Notes: generated by a model from the sequence alone, not told the origin. Counted from the first letter of the stretch, positions 39,492-50,428 are shown. The stretch is 64,000 nucleotides of DNA from an uncultured bacterium (GCA_937139365.1 CAKZPT010000062.1:5422-69421); one strand, 5' to 3'. Numbers and translations are program-made.

Positions 39492-41807
39492 TCACCCCCC
39501 GAGGCGCACGGAGGAGTACGGCATGGCCAGCAGCCACAACTGGATCCAGCCGCTGATGTCGTCGTCGCGTCCGTCGTAGCCGGGCTCGTGCCGGAGGCCA
39601 ACACCCCAGCCGATGCAGTCCATCTTGTGCTGCAGGAAATACGAATGCTCCTCCAACCGGCCGTCCTGGACGTTGTAGCGGGCGTAGGCGCCCCAGCTCC
39701 ACTTCGCCTTCGGGTAGAGGCGGAGTTGGGCCGCGACCAAGTCGCGCCGTTCGGCCTGATAGAGGTAGTTGACCGACACCGACCACGCGTCGCCTGAGGC
39801 CCACGAGAGCTGACCGTCGAAGAGCGTCAACCCTTCCCCGTAGAAGTCGAACAGCGACTTGAAGTCGAACCGAAAGGCGCGGACGGGCCAGAGGCGGGCG
39901 TTCACGTAGAGAGGGCCGAACTCGTCCTCGTCCTCGTCTGCGTCGAGGCGGACCACGGTGCCGATGTCGCTGTTGACCAGGTCGTGGACGGACCACGCCT
40001 CGGGAGAGGGCATCTCGCCCAGCCGGGTCTGGTCCATGCCCTCGGTCTCGCGGCTCAGCGGGTCGGTCTCGCGCTCGAAGGAATGGTCCACGTAGAGGAC
40101 GCTTCGCCGGCGGGTCTGGAGCTTGTTGCGCATGCCAAAGCCGATGGTATGGCCGCCGTCGAGCCGGTCCACGCCGTCGAACTGGGGCACCCGCTTCGAC
40201 AGGAGGTCGGGTTCGGGGACGTAGGTGTGGAGCGCGTAGGGCTCGGCGACGTGTCGGAGGCCGCGGCCGAAGACGTTCTCCGCCTCGTCAAGGACTTTGT
40301 AAGCCTTAAAGGAGGTTTCGAAGCCCACTTCCGGCATCGAGCGCAGGTCGCCGCCGAGTTCGCGCTGTGTGGAGAGGATCTTCTCGACAGTGGTCGGCAC
40401 GCCGTTGGAGTCGACCTGCGTGACGACGTTGGTGACGCTAACGGGGGCATCGTACGTGGTCGAGTAGTACGTGCCTCTCCAGCCGGCCCGGGGCGTCAGG
40501 GCGAGGAAGCCGAAGAAGCGCTGCGGCAGGTAGAGCATGTGCCGCGTGTCGATCCGCAAAGCGTCGTAGTCCTCACGGTCAGAGGTCTCGGGGTACACGC
40601 GGCGGAGGGCGGAGGCGGCGGTCCGGCTTTCGTAGTAGAGCGGCAGGTCCCCAAGGCGGAGGGCGGGGATGGTCAGCGTCGCCTCCGGCAGCCGGTCCAC
40701 GTTCTCGTAGAAATCGTTGAGACGGCCGCTGGCAAGGATCGAGAACAGGAAACGGTCGCCGCGGTGGAGCCAGGCTGCCCGGTTCTCGGGCTGGACGCTT
40801 TCGCGGTAGTCGCGGCGGAAGAAGTCCTCCTCGACGAAGGGATCGCTCATCACGGTCGCCTGCGCGAAAAGCGAGCTGCGCTCACCGGCGCGCGACTGGT
40901 GGCGGAGCCGAACGCGGTACCGGTTCTCGTCGTCGAGAGTGTCCCTGCGCTCCTCCTCCTCGCGCTCGTTTCGGTAGAGCTTCCGGTCGGAAACGTAGAA
41001 CCCCTCGAGGTTGCCGCGCAAGCCGACCTCGGGGTTGCGCCAGAGGATGTTCTGGCCGGCGCCGACACCGCGTTCGGAGTAGAGGTTGACGGACGTCCGT
41101 CCCAACAGGGAACCGGTGTCGTTGAGCCCGTAGTTGTACGTCATCAGCAGGAAGCCGCCGAGCCGGGAACTGTAGCCGGGCACGACGTCCCAGCGGCCGG
41201 GTTCGCCCTGCAGGTCGCGCCGGTAATAGGGCACCCACATGATCGGCACCGGCCCGAGGTAGGCGACGGCGTGGTGCAGCGTCGCGTACCGCTGCTGCTC
41301 GAGCGTCGCGCGGGGGGCGCGGATCTCGAATTCGCGGTCGTCGCCCTCGCAGGTGGTCAGCACGACGTCCTCCAGCTCGATCCGGTCGTGACCGACCATG
41401 CGGAACCGCCCGCCGTAAAGGTAGTACGGGTGATGGAAGAGGAGGAACCGTCCGAAATCTCCCTCGCCGGTCTTGTAATTGTAGACGAGGCGTTCGCCCT
41501 TCCAGAGGGTGCCGTCCCACCGGACGAACACGACGCGGCCGCTGGCGACGATTTGGCCGGTCTCGGTGTCGATCTCGACGCGCTCGGCGGCCAGGGTCTG
41601 CCGTCCCTGGCGGATCAGCACGCCGCCCTCGGCGATCTGGAAGCGGCCGTTCTGGCGGCTCTCGATTCGGCCGGCGCGCACATCGTACGGCAGCCCCGCG
41701 TCGGGGTTGGCCCGCTGCAGGGTTCGCGCGGGATCCGCAGCCATCGCCGACGCTGTGATCGCGGCCGCCGCCAGCCGCCTCCAACCTCTTGCCCATCCAC
41801 TTCGCAT
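39492..41807 (-). CDS. lptD: LPS-assembly outer membrane protein LptD
   Basis: Signal peptide, beta-jellyroll N-terminus, [45 protein letters not shown]. Confidence 0.85.
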   Translation of the reverse strand: MRSGWARGWRRLAAAAITASAMAADPARTLQRANPDAGLPYDVRAGRIESRQNGRFQIAEGGVLIRQGRQTLAAERVEIDTETGQIVASGRVVFVRWDGTLWKGERLVYNYKTGEGDFGRFLLFHHPYYLYGGRFRMVGHDRIELEDVVLTTCEGDDREFEIRAPRATLEQQRYATLHHAVAYLGPVPIMWVPYYRRDLQGEPGRWDVVPGYSSRLGGFLLMTYNYGLNDTGSLLGRTSVNLYSERGVGAGQNILWRNPEVGLRGNLEGFYVSDRKLYRNEREEEERRDTLDDENRYRVRLRHQSRAGERSSLFAQATVMSDPFVEEDFFRRDYRESVQPENRAAWLHRGDRFLFSILASGRLNDFYENVDRLPEATLTIPALRLGDLPLYYESRTAASALRRVYPETSDREDYDALRIDTRHMLYLPQRFFGFLALTPRAGWRGTYYSTTYDAPVSVTNVVTQVDSNGVPTTVEKILSTQRELGGDLRSMPEVGFETSFKAYKVLDEAENVFGRGLRHVAEPYALHTYVPEPDLLSKRVPQFDGVDRLDGGHTIGFGMRNKLQTRRRSVLYVDHSFERETDPLSRETEGMDQTRLGEMPSPEAWSVHDLVNSDIGTVVRLDADEDEDEFGPLYVNARLWPVRAFRFDFKSLFDFYGEGLTLFDGQLSWASGDAWSVSVNYLYQAERRDLVAAQLRLYPKAKWSWGAYARYNVQDGRLEEHSYFLQHKMDCIGWGVGLRHEPGYDGRDDDISGWIQLWLLAMPYSSVRLGG

Positions 41808-41958
41808 GCGTCGGTCTCCGCCGCGCGCCCGCGCGTTGCGGTCACGCTAACACAGCGGCCCCGCCGCTCCAAGTTTTCCCTCTCCGCCGCCTTTTCCCAA
41901 AAACGTTGGGGTCTTCGGCGGCCAGGCCGTCGAAGACCCCGTGTCCGTCCGCTCCGCC

Positions 41959-44043
41959 TTACTTTAACAACGGCTGGACGGCCTTGAGCACCGGCGCGAT
42001 GACCAGCGACACGACGCTCATCAGCTTCATCAGGATGTTCAGCGAGGGGCCGGCCGTGTCCTTGAAGGGATCGCCGACCGTGTCGCCGACCACCGCCGCC
42101 TTGTGAGCAGGCGACCCCTTTCCGCCGTGGGCGCCACCCTCGATGTGCTTTTTCGCGTTGTCCCAGGCACCGCCGGCGTTGGCCATGAACAGCGCCATCA
42201 TCACGCCCGACACCGTCACGCCCGCCAGCAGGCCACCGAGCATCTCCTTGCCGAACACGAAGCCCACCACGACCGGCGTCACCACGCCCAGCAGCGCCGG
42301 CACCGTCATCTTCCGAATCGCCGCCGCGGTGGAGATGTCCACGCAGCGCGCGTAGTCGGCCCGAACGCCAGGCTTGCCCTCGAGCAGTCCGGCGATCTCG
42401 CGGAACTGCCGGCGGACCTCCTCGACCATGGAGAAGGCCGCCTGCCCGACCGCCTGCATTGCGAACGCCGAGAACAGGAAGGGCATCATCGCCCCCACCA
42501 GAAGCCCCGCGCACACCTTCGGGTCCATCACGTCGATCTTTTCCAACCCGACCGTCTGGCCGAACGCCGCGAACAACGCCAGGGCAGTCAGCGCCGCCGA
42601 GCCGATCGCGAAGCCCTTGCCGATGGCTGCGGTCGTGTTGCCGCAGGCGTCGAGCTTGTCCGTCCGTTGGCGGACCTCCTTTTCGAGGTGCGACATCTCC
42701 GCCACGCCGCCGGCGTTGTCGGCGATCGGGCCGTAGGCGTCCACCGCCAACTGGATGCCGGTGGTGGCCAGCATGCCCAGGCCGGCGATCGCGATGCCGT
42801 ACAGGCCGGCCGTGTGGTAGGCCAGCACCAGCGCCGCGCCGAGCACCACGGCGGGGATCGCGGTCGAGATCATTCCGTTCCCGAGGCCCGCGATGACGTT
42901 GGTCGCCGCGCCGGTCGTCGAGGCGTCGGCGATGCGGTTCGACGGCCCCTTCCCCTCGGCCGTGTAGTACTCCGCCAGCAAGCCGATCGCCACCCCAGAC
43001 ACCAAGCCCGCGACGGTGGCGTAGAACACGCCGATGGAGCGGTAGACCTGGCCGCCCATCGTGTATTCGGCGGGGCAGAACCGACGGATTACAAAGAAGG
43101 AGACAACCGCCGTCGCGATGGCGGCCGCGAACGTGCCGGCGTTGAGCGCAGCCTGGGGGTTGCCGCCCTCGCGCGTTTTCACGAAGAACGTCCCGCTGAT
43201 CGAGAAGAGGATGCCCACCGCCGACAGCAGGATCGGGAGCGTGACCAGTCGCAGCTCGCTGGTGTTGGTCGCGGTCGCCGCCAGCACCATCGCGCTGACG
43301 ATCGCGCCGATGTACGACTCGAACAGGTCTGCGCCCATGCCGGCCACGTCGCCGACGTTGTCGCCGACGTTGTCCGCGATCACCGCGGGGTTGCGCGGAT
43401 CGTCCTCCGGAATGCCCGCCTCAACCTTGCCGACGAGGTCGGCCCCGACGTCCGCCGCCTTCGTGTAGATGCCCCCCCCGACGCGCGCGAACAGAGCGAT
43501 CGAGCTGGCCCCCATCGAGAATCCCGCCAGGATCGGAAGCACGGTCTGGTTGAGCACCTGCACCTCGACGCCGAACACCTTCATATAGACAAGCGCCAGC
43601 GCCGACAGGCCCAGCAGCCCGAGGCCCACGACGCACATCCCCATCACCGACCCGCCGGCGAAGGCGACCTCGAGGGCCGGCGACAGGCCCTTGCGGGCCG
43701 CGTTGGTCGTCCGCGTGTTTGCCGCCGTGGCCACGCGCATCCCGAAGAAGCCCGCCAGCGCCGAGCAGAAGGCGCCGATCACAAACGACACGGCGACCAG
43801 CCGAACCGGTCCCCGGTTGATCGCCGCCAGCACCGCCGCGACGATCACGACGAACACCGCCAGCACCTTGTACTCGCGGCCCAAGAATGCCATCGCGCCC
43901 TCCCGGACCGCCGCGCCGATCTCCCGCATGCGTTCCGTGCCCGGGTCCAACCGGTTGATCCACGTGGTCTTCCAGAAGGCGTACAGCAGCGCCAGCACGC
44001 CGCAACCCACGCCCGCATACAACGCCATCATGCTCGCATTCAC
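41959..44043 (-). CDS. hppA: Membrane-bound K+-dependent (probably Na+-translocating) pyrophosphatase
   Basis: [50 protein letters not shown] (Ala at the K+-dependence position), [10 protein letters not shown]. Confidence 0.97.
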   Translation of the reverse strand: MNASMMALYAGVGCGVLALLYAFWKTTWINRLDPGTERMREIGAAVREGAMAFLGREYKVLAVFVVIVAAVLAAINRGPVRLVAVSFVIGAFCSALAGFFGMRVATAANTRTTNAARKGLSPALEVAFAGGSVMGMCVVGLGLLGLSALALVYMKVFGVEVQVLNQTVLPILAGFSMGASSIALFARVGGGIYTKAADVGADLVGKVEAGIPEDDPRNPAVIADNVGDNVGDVAGMGADLFESYIGAIVSAMVLAATATNTSELRLVTLPILLSAVGILFSISGTFFVKTREGGNPQAALNAGTFAAAIATAVVSFFVIRRFCPAEYTMGGQVYRSIGVFYATVAGLVSGVAIGLLAEYYTAEGKGPSNRIADASTTGAATNVIAGLGNGMISTAIPAVVLGAALVLAYHTAGLYGIAIAGLGMLATTGIQLAVDAYGPIADNAGGVAEMSHLEKEVRQRTDKLDACGNTTAAIGKGFAIGSAALTALALFAAFGQTVGLEKIDVMDPKVCAGLLVGAMMPFLFSAFAMQAVGQAAFSMVEEVRRQFREIAGLLEGKPGVRADYARCVDISTAAAIRKMTVPALLGVVTPVVVGFVFGKEMLGGLLAGVTVSGVMMALFMANAGGAWDNAKKHIEGGAHGGKGSPAHKAAVVGDTVGDPFKDTAGPSLNILMKLMSVVSLVIAPVLKAVQPLLK

Positions 44044-44123
44044 TTAGACAACCGCCTTTCTTGCCTTTGGGTTTTCGACGCAAGCGACCCGCGGTCGGCC
44101 GAGCGCCGAAAAAACGTCGGAAC

Positions 44124-44186
44124 AGGATATCGGGACGCTCTGCGGTGGTCAACCTCCTTGACCCTGGGCGTCGACGGTGTTTTGCT
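44124..44186. promoter_or_regulatory. Back-to-back divergent promoters (hppA and a secretin-N-like gene)
   Basis: Minus strand TTGACC-N17-TATCCT; plus strand TTGACC-N17-TTTGCT. The two -35 boxes form GGTCAA-N5-TTGACC. Confidence 0.5.
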
Positions 44187-44201
44187 GGTTCCGCACCGGC
44201 C

Positions 44202-44606
44202 ATGTCGCGGGGCGTCCTCTGGTTGCTTCTGACCGCAATTGCCGCCGGTGCCGGCTCGGCTGGCCCCTCGGGCGCCGCGCCCCCTTCCGTTCGTGCGCCG
44301 GCGGCGCAACCCGTGGATCCGATGTCCCTCCGCCTGCCGGACATGAATTTTCGGCAGGCGAGGCTGGCCGACATCTTGGACTGGATTCGCGACCGCAGCG
44401 CCGCCGCCGATCCCGTCGGCGTTGGCGCCAACCTGATCTTCAAGGACGACGGCCGGGTGGGCGGCATTTCGCTGACGATCCGGTTAAAACAGCCAACCGT
44501 CGGGGAGGCGTTGGCGCTGTTGTCCTCCGTCGCGCCGTTGTACATTCGGCGGGACCCCCGGGCGATCGTGATCGAGCGGTCCGCCTCTCCGGTCCCGGCC
44601 CGATGA
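44202..44606 (+). CDS. Small secreted protein with STN/secretin N-domain-like fold
   Basis: Signal peptide plus LPDMNFRQARLADILDWIR...GVGANLIF...LTIRLKQPTVGEALALL...YIRRDPRAIVI. Confidence 0.65.
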   Translation: MSRGVLWLLLTAIAAGAGSAGPSGAAPPSVRAPAAQPVDPMSLRLPDMNFRQARLADILDWIRDRSAAADPVGVGANLIFKDDGRVGGISLTIRLKQPTVGEALALLSSVAPLYIRRDPRAIVIERSASPVPAR

Positions 44607-44677
44607 CCGGCATGGCCGGCCGCCGTCGGACACCGCCGCCTTGACGGTCTATCGCGCGGGTGTTAGGAAGTGCTCGG

Positions 44678-45478
44678 ATGGACCGGTCTCTCCCAACCGT
44701 TCTGTTTCCTGTTGTCGCGGCCGCGATGGCGGTGGTCCTTGGCATCGCCGGTTGCGGCGGCCGGCCGACGTTGGGCGGCGAAAATCGGGAGGAGACCCAT
44801 CCGATGATGCGCCGGGCCGCCGCCCTGCGGAAGGCCAACGACCTCGACGGCGCCATCGAAGCCTACGAGCGGGTGTTGGACCGGTACCCCAACGCGGCCC
44901 GCGCCCATTTGCACCTGGGCACGCTGTTCGACCAGGAACCCAAGGAAAATTATGCCCGCGCGATCTACCACTACGAGCGCTACCTTGCGCTGAGCCGGGA
45001 CGAAAAGACCAAGCGGATCGCCTCGGAACTGCTGACCCGTGCGCGCTGGTCGCTGGCCGCTTCGTTGGCGGAGCGCGCGCCGGAGGCCGCCGTGCTCATC
45101 GGCGAGCTGAAGCGTGAGAACAAGGCGTTGCGCGAGGAAATCGCGGCCCTGCAGGCGAAGCTGGCCGGCGCGGCGCGACCGGTATCCCCGCCGGTGCCCG
45201 CCTCCCGGACCGCCGCCGTCACCGCAGCCGCGCCCCGCGTGGCCACAGTCTCCACCTCCGTTGCCCTCCGAACCGCCCCCCTTCCCCGCCCCACGCCGGA
45301 GCCCGCCGTTGTCCAAGCGCAAACCCACACCGTTCAGTCCGGCGAAACGCTCTCGATCATCGCCCACAAGGTCTACGGCGACGCCAACGCCTGGCGCCGC
45401 ATCTACGAAGCGAACAAGGCGACTCTGCCCAGCCCCGGCAGCGTGCGGCCCGGGCAGGTGTTGATCATCCCGCGCTAG
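44678..45478 (+). CDS. TPR + coiled-coil + LysM lipoprotein
   Basis: Lipobox IAGC, TPRs (AIEAYERVL, AHLHLG, AIYHYERYL), and C-terminal HTVQSGETLSIIAHKVYG...IYEAN...GQVLIIP. Confidence 0.9.
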   Translation: MDRSLPTVLFPVVAAAMAVVLGIAGCGGRPTLGGENREETHPMMRRAAALRKANDLDGAIEAYERVLDRYPNAARAHLHLGTLFDQEPKENYARAIYHYERYLALSRDEKTKRIASELLTRARWSLAASLAERAPEAAVLIGELKRENKALREEIAALQAKLAGAARPVSPPVPASRTAAVTAAAPRVATVSTSVALRTAPLPRPTPEPAVVQAQTHTVQSGETLSIIAHKVYGDANAWRRIYEANKATLPSPGSVRPGQVLIIPR

Positions 45479-45490
45479 GAGGACACCCCC

Positions 45491-46228
45491 ATGCCCAACC
45501 GCGACTTCATAGACCGGGACCTGTACGCCCCACGCGACGAGATTCCCCGCGTGAAGATGGGTCCCGGCGACGAACCCCCGCCGCCTCACGTGGAGACGCT
45601 GGGCCCCGACGCTGCGCGGTCTGTCTCCGACCTCAACCTGCCCTTGATGGTCCGCCAACGGCAGGCGCTCGACCAGCAGGCCGCCGCCAGCGCCCGGCAG
45701 ATGGAGGAGCTGCGGCTGCTCCAAGAGCAGCTGGAACGCGAGAAGCGTGAGATCGAGGAGGCGCGGCGCGCGCAGGATGATTTCATCACGGGGCGGAAGG
45801 AACTCACGGACCGCTTGACCCAGAGCCTGGTGGCCATCGAGCGCCACGAGGCACGCGCCACGCAGCTGGCGGAGCTGCTCCAGGCCACCCGCCAGCGCTT
45901 CCGGGCGATGCTGGACGAGCTGTCCATGATCCGCGAGGACGAGTGGGCCGAACAGGAGATCCGGGACCGGGTGCGCGAATCCCTGGCCCGCATGGATGAC
46001 ATCCGCATGGAGTTCAACAAGGCGATGGCCCGCGTCGAGGCTGCGATGGGGACGGACGCGCGGCCGGCCGACAGCGCGTCGATGCGGATTGAATCCCACC
46101 CCACCGCCGCGACTGCCGAACGCACGCTCGGCCGGTGGTTCGTAATCGGCCTCATGGTGAGCCTGCCGGGCATCGTCACGGCCGTCCTCATCACGGCCCT
46201 GTTGTGGTTTCGCGCCCACGCGTTCTGA
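45491..46228 (+). CDS. Hypothetical coiled-coil protein with C-terminal TM anchor
   Basis: GGAGG RBS, long E/R/Q heptad-like stretch, hydrophobic C-terminus. Confidence 0.8.
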   Translation: MPNRDFIDRDLYAPRDEIPRVKMGPGDEPPPPHVETLGPDAARSVSDLNLPLMVRQRQALDQQAAASARQMEELRLLQEQLEREKREIEEARRAQDDFITGRKELTDRLTQSLVAIERHEARATQLAELLQATRQRFRAMLDELSMIREDEWAEQEIRDRVRESLARMDDIRMEFNKAMARVEAAMGTDARPADSASMRIESHPTAATAERTLGRWFVIGLMVSLPGIVTAVLITALLWFRAHAF

Positions 46229-46237
46229 TTGCCCGCG

Positions 46238-46666
46238 ATGCCCCCCACGAGCCCCCCCTCCCCGCGCCGGCCGTACGACGAGCGGCTGGACGAGATCGAG
46301 CAGCGCCTTCGCGAGGTCCGCAAGGCCATAAAGGAGGCCGCCCGCGGCCGACCGGTCGATCTTCCGCACCTCCGCGCGGCAGAGGCGGGCGCCAGCCCGG
46401 CCCCCGACGAGACCTCCGCTCCGGCGCCGGCGACCCCCGAACGTCCCCGGGCCGCTGCGCCACCCCATGCCTCCACCCCAACCGACGCGCGCGCCCGCCC
46501 CGTACCACCGCCCGACCGCGAACGGTTCGCCCAGTATTTCAGCGGCAGCTTCCTCGGCGGCCGGCCCGAAGCGGAGGTCCGGAGGCTCCAGCGCAACCGC
46601 GCCCTGTTTATGCTGGCGCTGGCCGTTGTCCTCGGCTACGTCCTCTGGCACCTGCTGTCGCGCTGA
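46238..46666 (+). CDS. Hypothetical protein: short coiled coil, Pro-rich linker, C-terminal TM
   Basis: LDEIEQRLREVRKAIK...RRLQRNRALFMLALAVVLGYVLW. Operonic spacing of 9 nt. Confidence 0.7.
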   Translation: MPPTSPPSPRRPYDERLDEIEQRLREVRKAIKEAARGRPVDLPHLRAAEAGASPAPDETSAPAPATPERPRAAAPPHASTPTDARARPVPPPDRERFAQYFSGSFLGGRPEAEVRRLQRNRALFMLALAVVLGYVLWHLLSR

Positions 46667-46809
46667 ACCACGGGATGGGCCGGCCAGAAAATGTCGATTT
46701 GGTCTGCTTGACCCGCACCCCCGCAGGGTGCAGTATGTTGTATGGCGGAGGGCCGGGCGATCATCGCCGCGGCGGACCGCATGGGTTGGAAGAGGAAAGG
46801 AATCGAGCG

Positions 46810-47496
46810 ATGAAAGCGTGGCGCAGGCGGATCGGTCGGGGCTTCACCCTGGTGGAAATGCTCGTGGTCATCACCATCATCGGCATCCTGATGGGCCTGC
46901 TGGTGCCGCAGATCAGCAACGCCATCCTCCAGGCACGGCTGACGGGTACGATGAACAACGGCAAACGGATCATCGAGGCCATCATTCAGCAGCAGAGCGA
47001 CACCGTCTACACCGCCCGGATCGTCGGCTTTCCGAAGTACGGCGCGACGACCGTGGTGACCAACAACCAGTTCCGTAACGTCGCAGATTATTTCCGCTAC
47101 CTCGTCACCGGCGAGGTGATGGCGGTGAACTGGGCGTTCTTCGTCGCCCCCGGCATTCCGCCGGCCACCGGCGCGGATACCTTACAGGGCACTAACCATG
47201 CATGGCGCATGGTCGCCGACGTCACCGAGAGCTACCCCGAGACGGCGCCGGTCTTGTGGACGAAGAACCTGAGCCTCACGACGATCGGCGAACCGATCAC
47301 GCCTCGGCCCAACGGGCTCCCACATAAGCTCGAGGACATCAACCCATATGGCACCAAGGGGTTGGTCCTCATTGCCAAAGGCGCTAGCGCCCAGAAACTG
47401 GTCAAGGACGATCTGAAGATGATGGCGTTCACGAACATCTTCAACCGGGCCACGCTGGACGGGACAGTTCTAACCAACCGCGTGCTCGAGCCGTAA
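46810..47496 (+). CDS. Type IV pilin/pseudopilin-like protein
   Basis: MKAWRRRIGRG|FTLVEMLVVITIIGILMGLLVPQI..A..QAR. Purine-rich RBS. Confidence 0.88.
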   Translation: MKAWRRRIGRGFTLVEMLVVITIIGILMGLLVPQISNAILQARLTGTMNNGKRIIEAIIQQQSDTVYTARIVGFPKYGATTVVTNNQFRNVADYFRYLVTGEVMAVNWAFFVAPGIPPATGADTLQGTNHAWRMVADVTESYPETAPVLWTKNLSLTTIGEPITPRPNGLPHKLEDINPYGTKGLVLIAKGASAQKLVKDDLKMMAFTNIFNRATLDGTVLTNRVLEP

Positions 47497-47513
47497 CGGC
47501 GAGCGGGCACGGC

Positions 47514-47557
47514 ACAACGGTGCCCCGCCTCTTCAAGGTGGGGCGCCGTTGTTTTTT
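47514..47557 (+). terminator. Rho-independent terminator
   Basis: ACAACGGTGCCCCGCCT-CTTCA-AGGTGGGGCGCCGTTGT followed by a T-tract. Confidence 0.85.
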
Positions 47558-47574
47558 GCGGCCGTTCCGTCGCC

Positions 47575-48965
47575 TTAGGGCAGGCGCTTGACCCGGACGT
47601 TCTGGAATTCCACCGGGTCGTTGTGGCCCGCGAACCCGATGTGGCCGCTTCGCCGCTCCAATCCCTTCGGCACCACGGACAATTTCGAGCGGTCCACCTT
47701 GTCGAGGTCCGCGTCGAGGATTCTCGTCCCGTTCAACGTCACGCGAACGCGCTGGCCCTCGACACGAATCTCCTGAGTATTCCACTGCCCCGCCGGCCGG
47801 AGGTACCCGCGCTTGGCCCCGACACAGTGGCAGATCGAGCCGTGGTATTGGTAGTCCTTCAACGGCCGGCCGGTTTTCGCGATGTACCCTTCGTCGTCGA
47901 GCACCTGGATCTCCAGGCCCTCTGACGCCGACCGTCCCGAAGGGGGTGTCCGGATGGCGATCCCGCTGTTGCCGGCCGGCGGCAGGCGAAACTCGAACCG
48001 CAGGATCATGTCGCCGAACTCCTCGCGGCTGAGCAGGTCGCCGCCACAGCCGGGCTTGCAGACGATGCAACCGTCCCGCACCTCGTAACTGTCCACCGCG
48101 CCCTGCCAGTTGGAAAGGTCCCGGCCGTTGTCGAGCCGGAGGAACCCCTGCTCGTCCGCCGCCGGCCAAGCGTTGGCTTCGTCAGAGCCGATCTCCCGGA
48201 TGAAGACGTTCCGCCACCGGATCTCGCTGCCGTGGCTTTGGAGCTGGATGGGTCCGCGGAGCCGGACGGGGTCGGGAAAATCGTTCGGGTCAATCAGCGC
48301 GCCTTCCTTCCGCGGCTTCTGAGACGCGATGCGCGAAACATAGTTTCCCAACCGGGCGCGGTCCACCACCGTCACGTCGTTCAATACGACGGTCACCAGT
48401 TCGCCCACCATCGTGATGCGGAAGGAGTTCCATTCGCCGAGCGGCCGGTCGGCCTTGGCCAGCGGATCCTTGCCGGGGGCGCCGGGGCTGTTGTTTCACA
48501 GACCGCCCGAACCCTTGTCCGGCCCTATACCCCGCGGGTCCCCCCGGATGCTGTCCCAGATCTGGACCTGCGGATAGCCCCGAAGGTATAGACGCCGCTG
48601 TCTTCGCCGGGCAGGGCCTTGTATTCGAGCCGGCGCTCGAAGTCGCCGAAGTCCCGGTCGGTGGTCAGGTACAGGCCACGTCCGTCGTTGACTAGCTCCC
48701 CGTCTTCGACCCTCCAGTGGGCGAGGACGTGTTGCGGTCCGTGGCGGCCCTCCGGCAGCCCGCCTTCGACCGATGCCCGCTTGTATGCGGCCAGTTCCTC
48801 CGGCGACATCCGCGCCAGTTCGGCCGGATCACGGGTCGGCCATCCGTACCAGCCCGTCAGGTCTCGCCCGTTAAACAAGGCCATGAAACCCGGCGGCGGA
48901 GACTGCGCCCAAGCCGCCATGGCAACCCATGCCACCCCGATCCTCACCGCCGCTCGCGCGTTCAT
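47575..48965 (-). pseudogene. Tandem-DUF1080 secreted protein, disrupted
   Basis: PPPGFMALFNGRDLTGW, DSGVY[frameshift]LRGYPQVQIWD, GSGGL*NN (TGA 48496-48498), GPIQLQSHGSEIRWRN. The second domain (GNSGIAIR, EIQVLDD, GHIGFAGH) is intact. Confidence 0.87.
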
Positions 48966-49538
48966 GTCCACCGCCCCTTTGTCCACCGGCCGGACCGACA
49001 CCTATTCTAACCCAACTCAATCGTAGTACGACCTTGCTGCCCTGCTCGCCACGGTATGCGTTTCCTGTTCACGGGAAGACCATCTGGCTGTCTTTTTTTT
49101 CGCTGCCACTGGGAAGACGGCCAGCAACGGGTCGCTCTGGGGCGCAGTCTGTGCCAGCCCCAAGTCACCGTCCCGTCAGGGTGCAGCGCATGCAACGGTT
49201 GCAGGCTACTCATTTGCACGCCGTCGCGTAAAGACTCTGGGCCACGCGCCAGCGCCTGATGACAGCTCCTTTCGACTGCACGTACACGTTACCCGAGTCC
49301 ACTGGCCAAGCCCCAAAAACAGCGTGATGTTGCAGGGGCGCTCTGGCCGGGAAAAGCCTCATATGCGCCTCCACTCTTCCGCATGAGCACGACTCCCCAA
49401 ATCCGCCTCGCCACCACCACGACAGGTCAGCGGGATCAGGGTTCGCCCAACTGAACCGGCCCGTTCGGCCCCTCCCGCGAAACAAACCGTGGGGCTCGAC
49501 GGCGGACCGGCTTTTCCCCTCGGCGGCTTTGCGCCAGA

Positions 49539-50411
49539 ATGAAGGACATGAAGACATTGACGATCGTATGGCTCTGTGGGACGGTCGCGGCGTTTGCGGC
49601 CGCGGCGGAACAGCGGGCCGTGGGCACCGGCCCTTCCTTCGCCGGTCCGCTTGGTCTCCAGCTTTACAGCCTTCGGGACGGCTTCAAGTCCGACGTGGAC
49701 AAGACGCTGGACGAGGTCAAGGCCTTCGGGTTCCGGTACGTCGAGCTGGCCGGTACGTATGGGCTGTCCGCGGAGGAATTTCGAACAAAACTCGACGCGC
49801 GCGGGCTGGTGGCCATCGCGGGGCTTTTCCCGATGGAGCGGTACCTCAAAGACCCGGACGGGCTGGCGAGGGACGCGAAGACCCTCGGGCTGCAGTACGT
49901 CGGAGTCGCCTGGTACCCGCACCAGCCGCCTTTCGACGAGGCCCAGTGCCGTAAAATGGCCGCGGACTTCAACGCCGCCGGCCGCGCGATGGCGGAGCGA
50001 GGCCTGAAGTTCTTCTACCACAACCATGGCTACGAGTTTCACCCATGGAAGGAGGGGACGCTGTTCGACCTGCTGGCATCGGAAACCGATCCCAACCTCG
50101 TCGCGTTCGAAATGGACGTGCTGTGGACCGTCTTCCCCGGCCAGGACCCCGTTGCACTGCTCCGCAAGTACGGGCGCCGGTGGGAGCTGATGCACCTAAA
50201 GGACCTGCGCGAGGGCGTAACCGGCGACCTCAGCGGGAAGACCTCCGTCACCAACGGCGTCGTCCTCGGCACGGGGCAGACGGACTTTGCCGCGTTGCTG
50301 AAGACCGCGCAGGAGGTCGGCGTCCGATGGTACTTCATCGAAGACGAGTCGCCGACCGCCCGGGAGCAGATCCCGGCCAGCCTGCGCTTCCTCGAGCAGC
50401 TTCGCTGGTGA
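49539..50411 (+). CDS. Secreted sugar-phosphate isomerase/epimerase (AP_endonuc_2, IolE-like)
   Basis: Signal peptide, GLQLYSLR, YHNHGYEF, FEMDVLW, MHLKD, FIEDE. Confidence 0.9.
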   Translation: MKDMKTLTIVWLCGTVAAFAAAAEQRAVGTGPSFAGPLGLQLYSLRDGFKSDVDKTLDEVKAFGFRYVELAGTYGLSAEEFRTKLDARGLVAIAGLFPMERYLKDPDGLARDAKTLGLQYVGVAWYPHQPPFDEAQCRKMAADFNAAGRAMAERGLKFFYHNHGYEFHPWKEGTLFDLLASETDPNLVAFEMDVLWTVFPGQDPVALLRKYGRRWELMHLKDLREGVTGDLSGKTSVTNGVVLGTGQTDFAALLKTAQEVGVRWYFIEDESPTAREQIPASLRFLEQLRW

Positions 50412-50428
50412 TCGGCCCGGCGCGAGCA

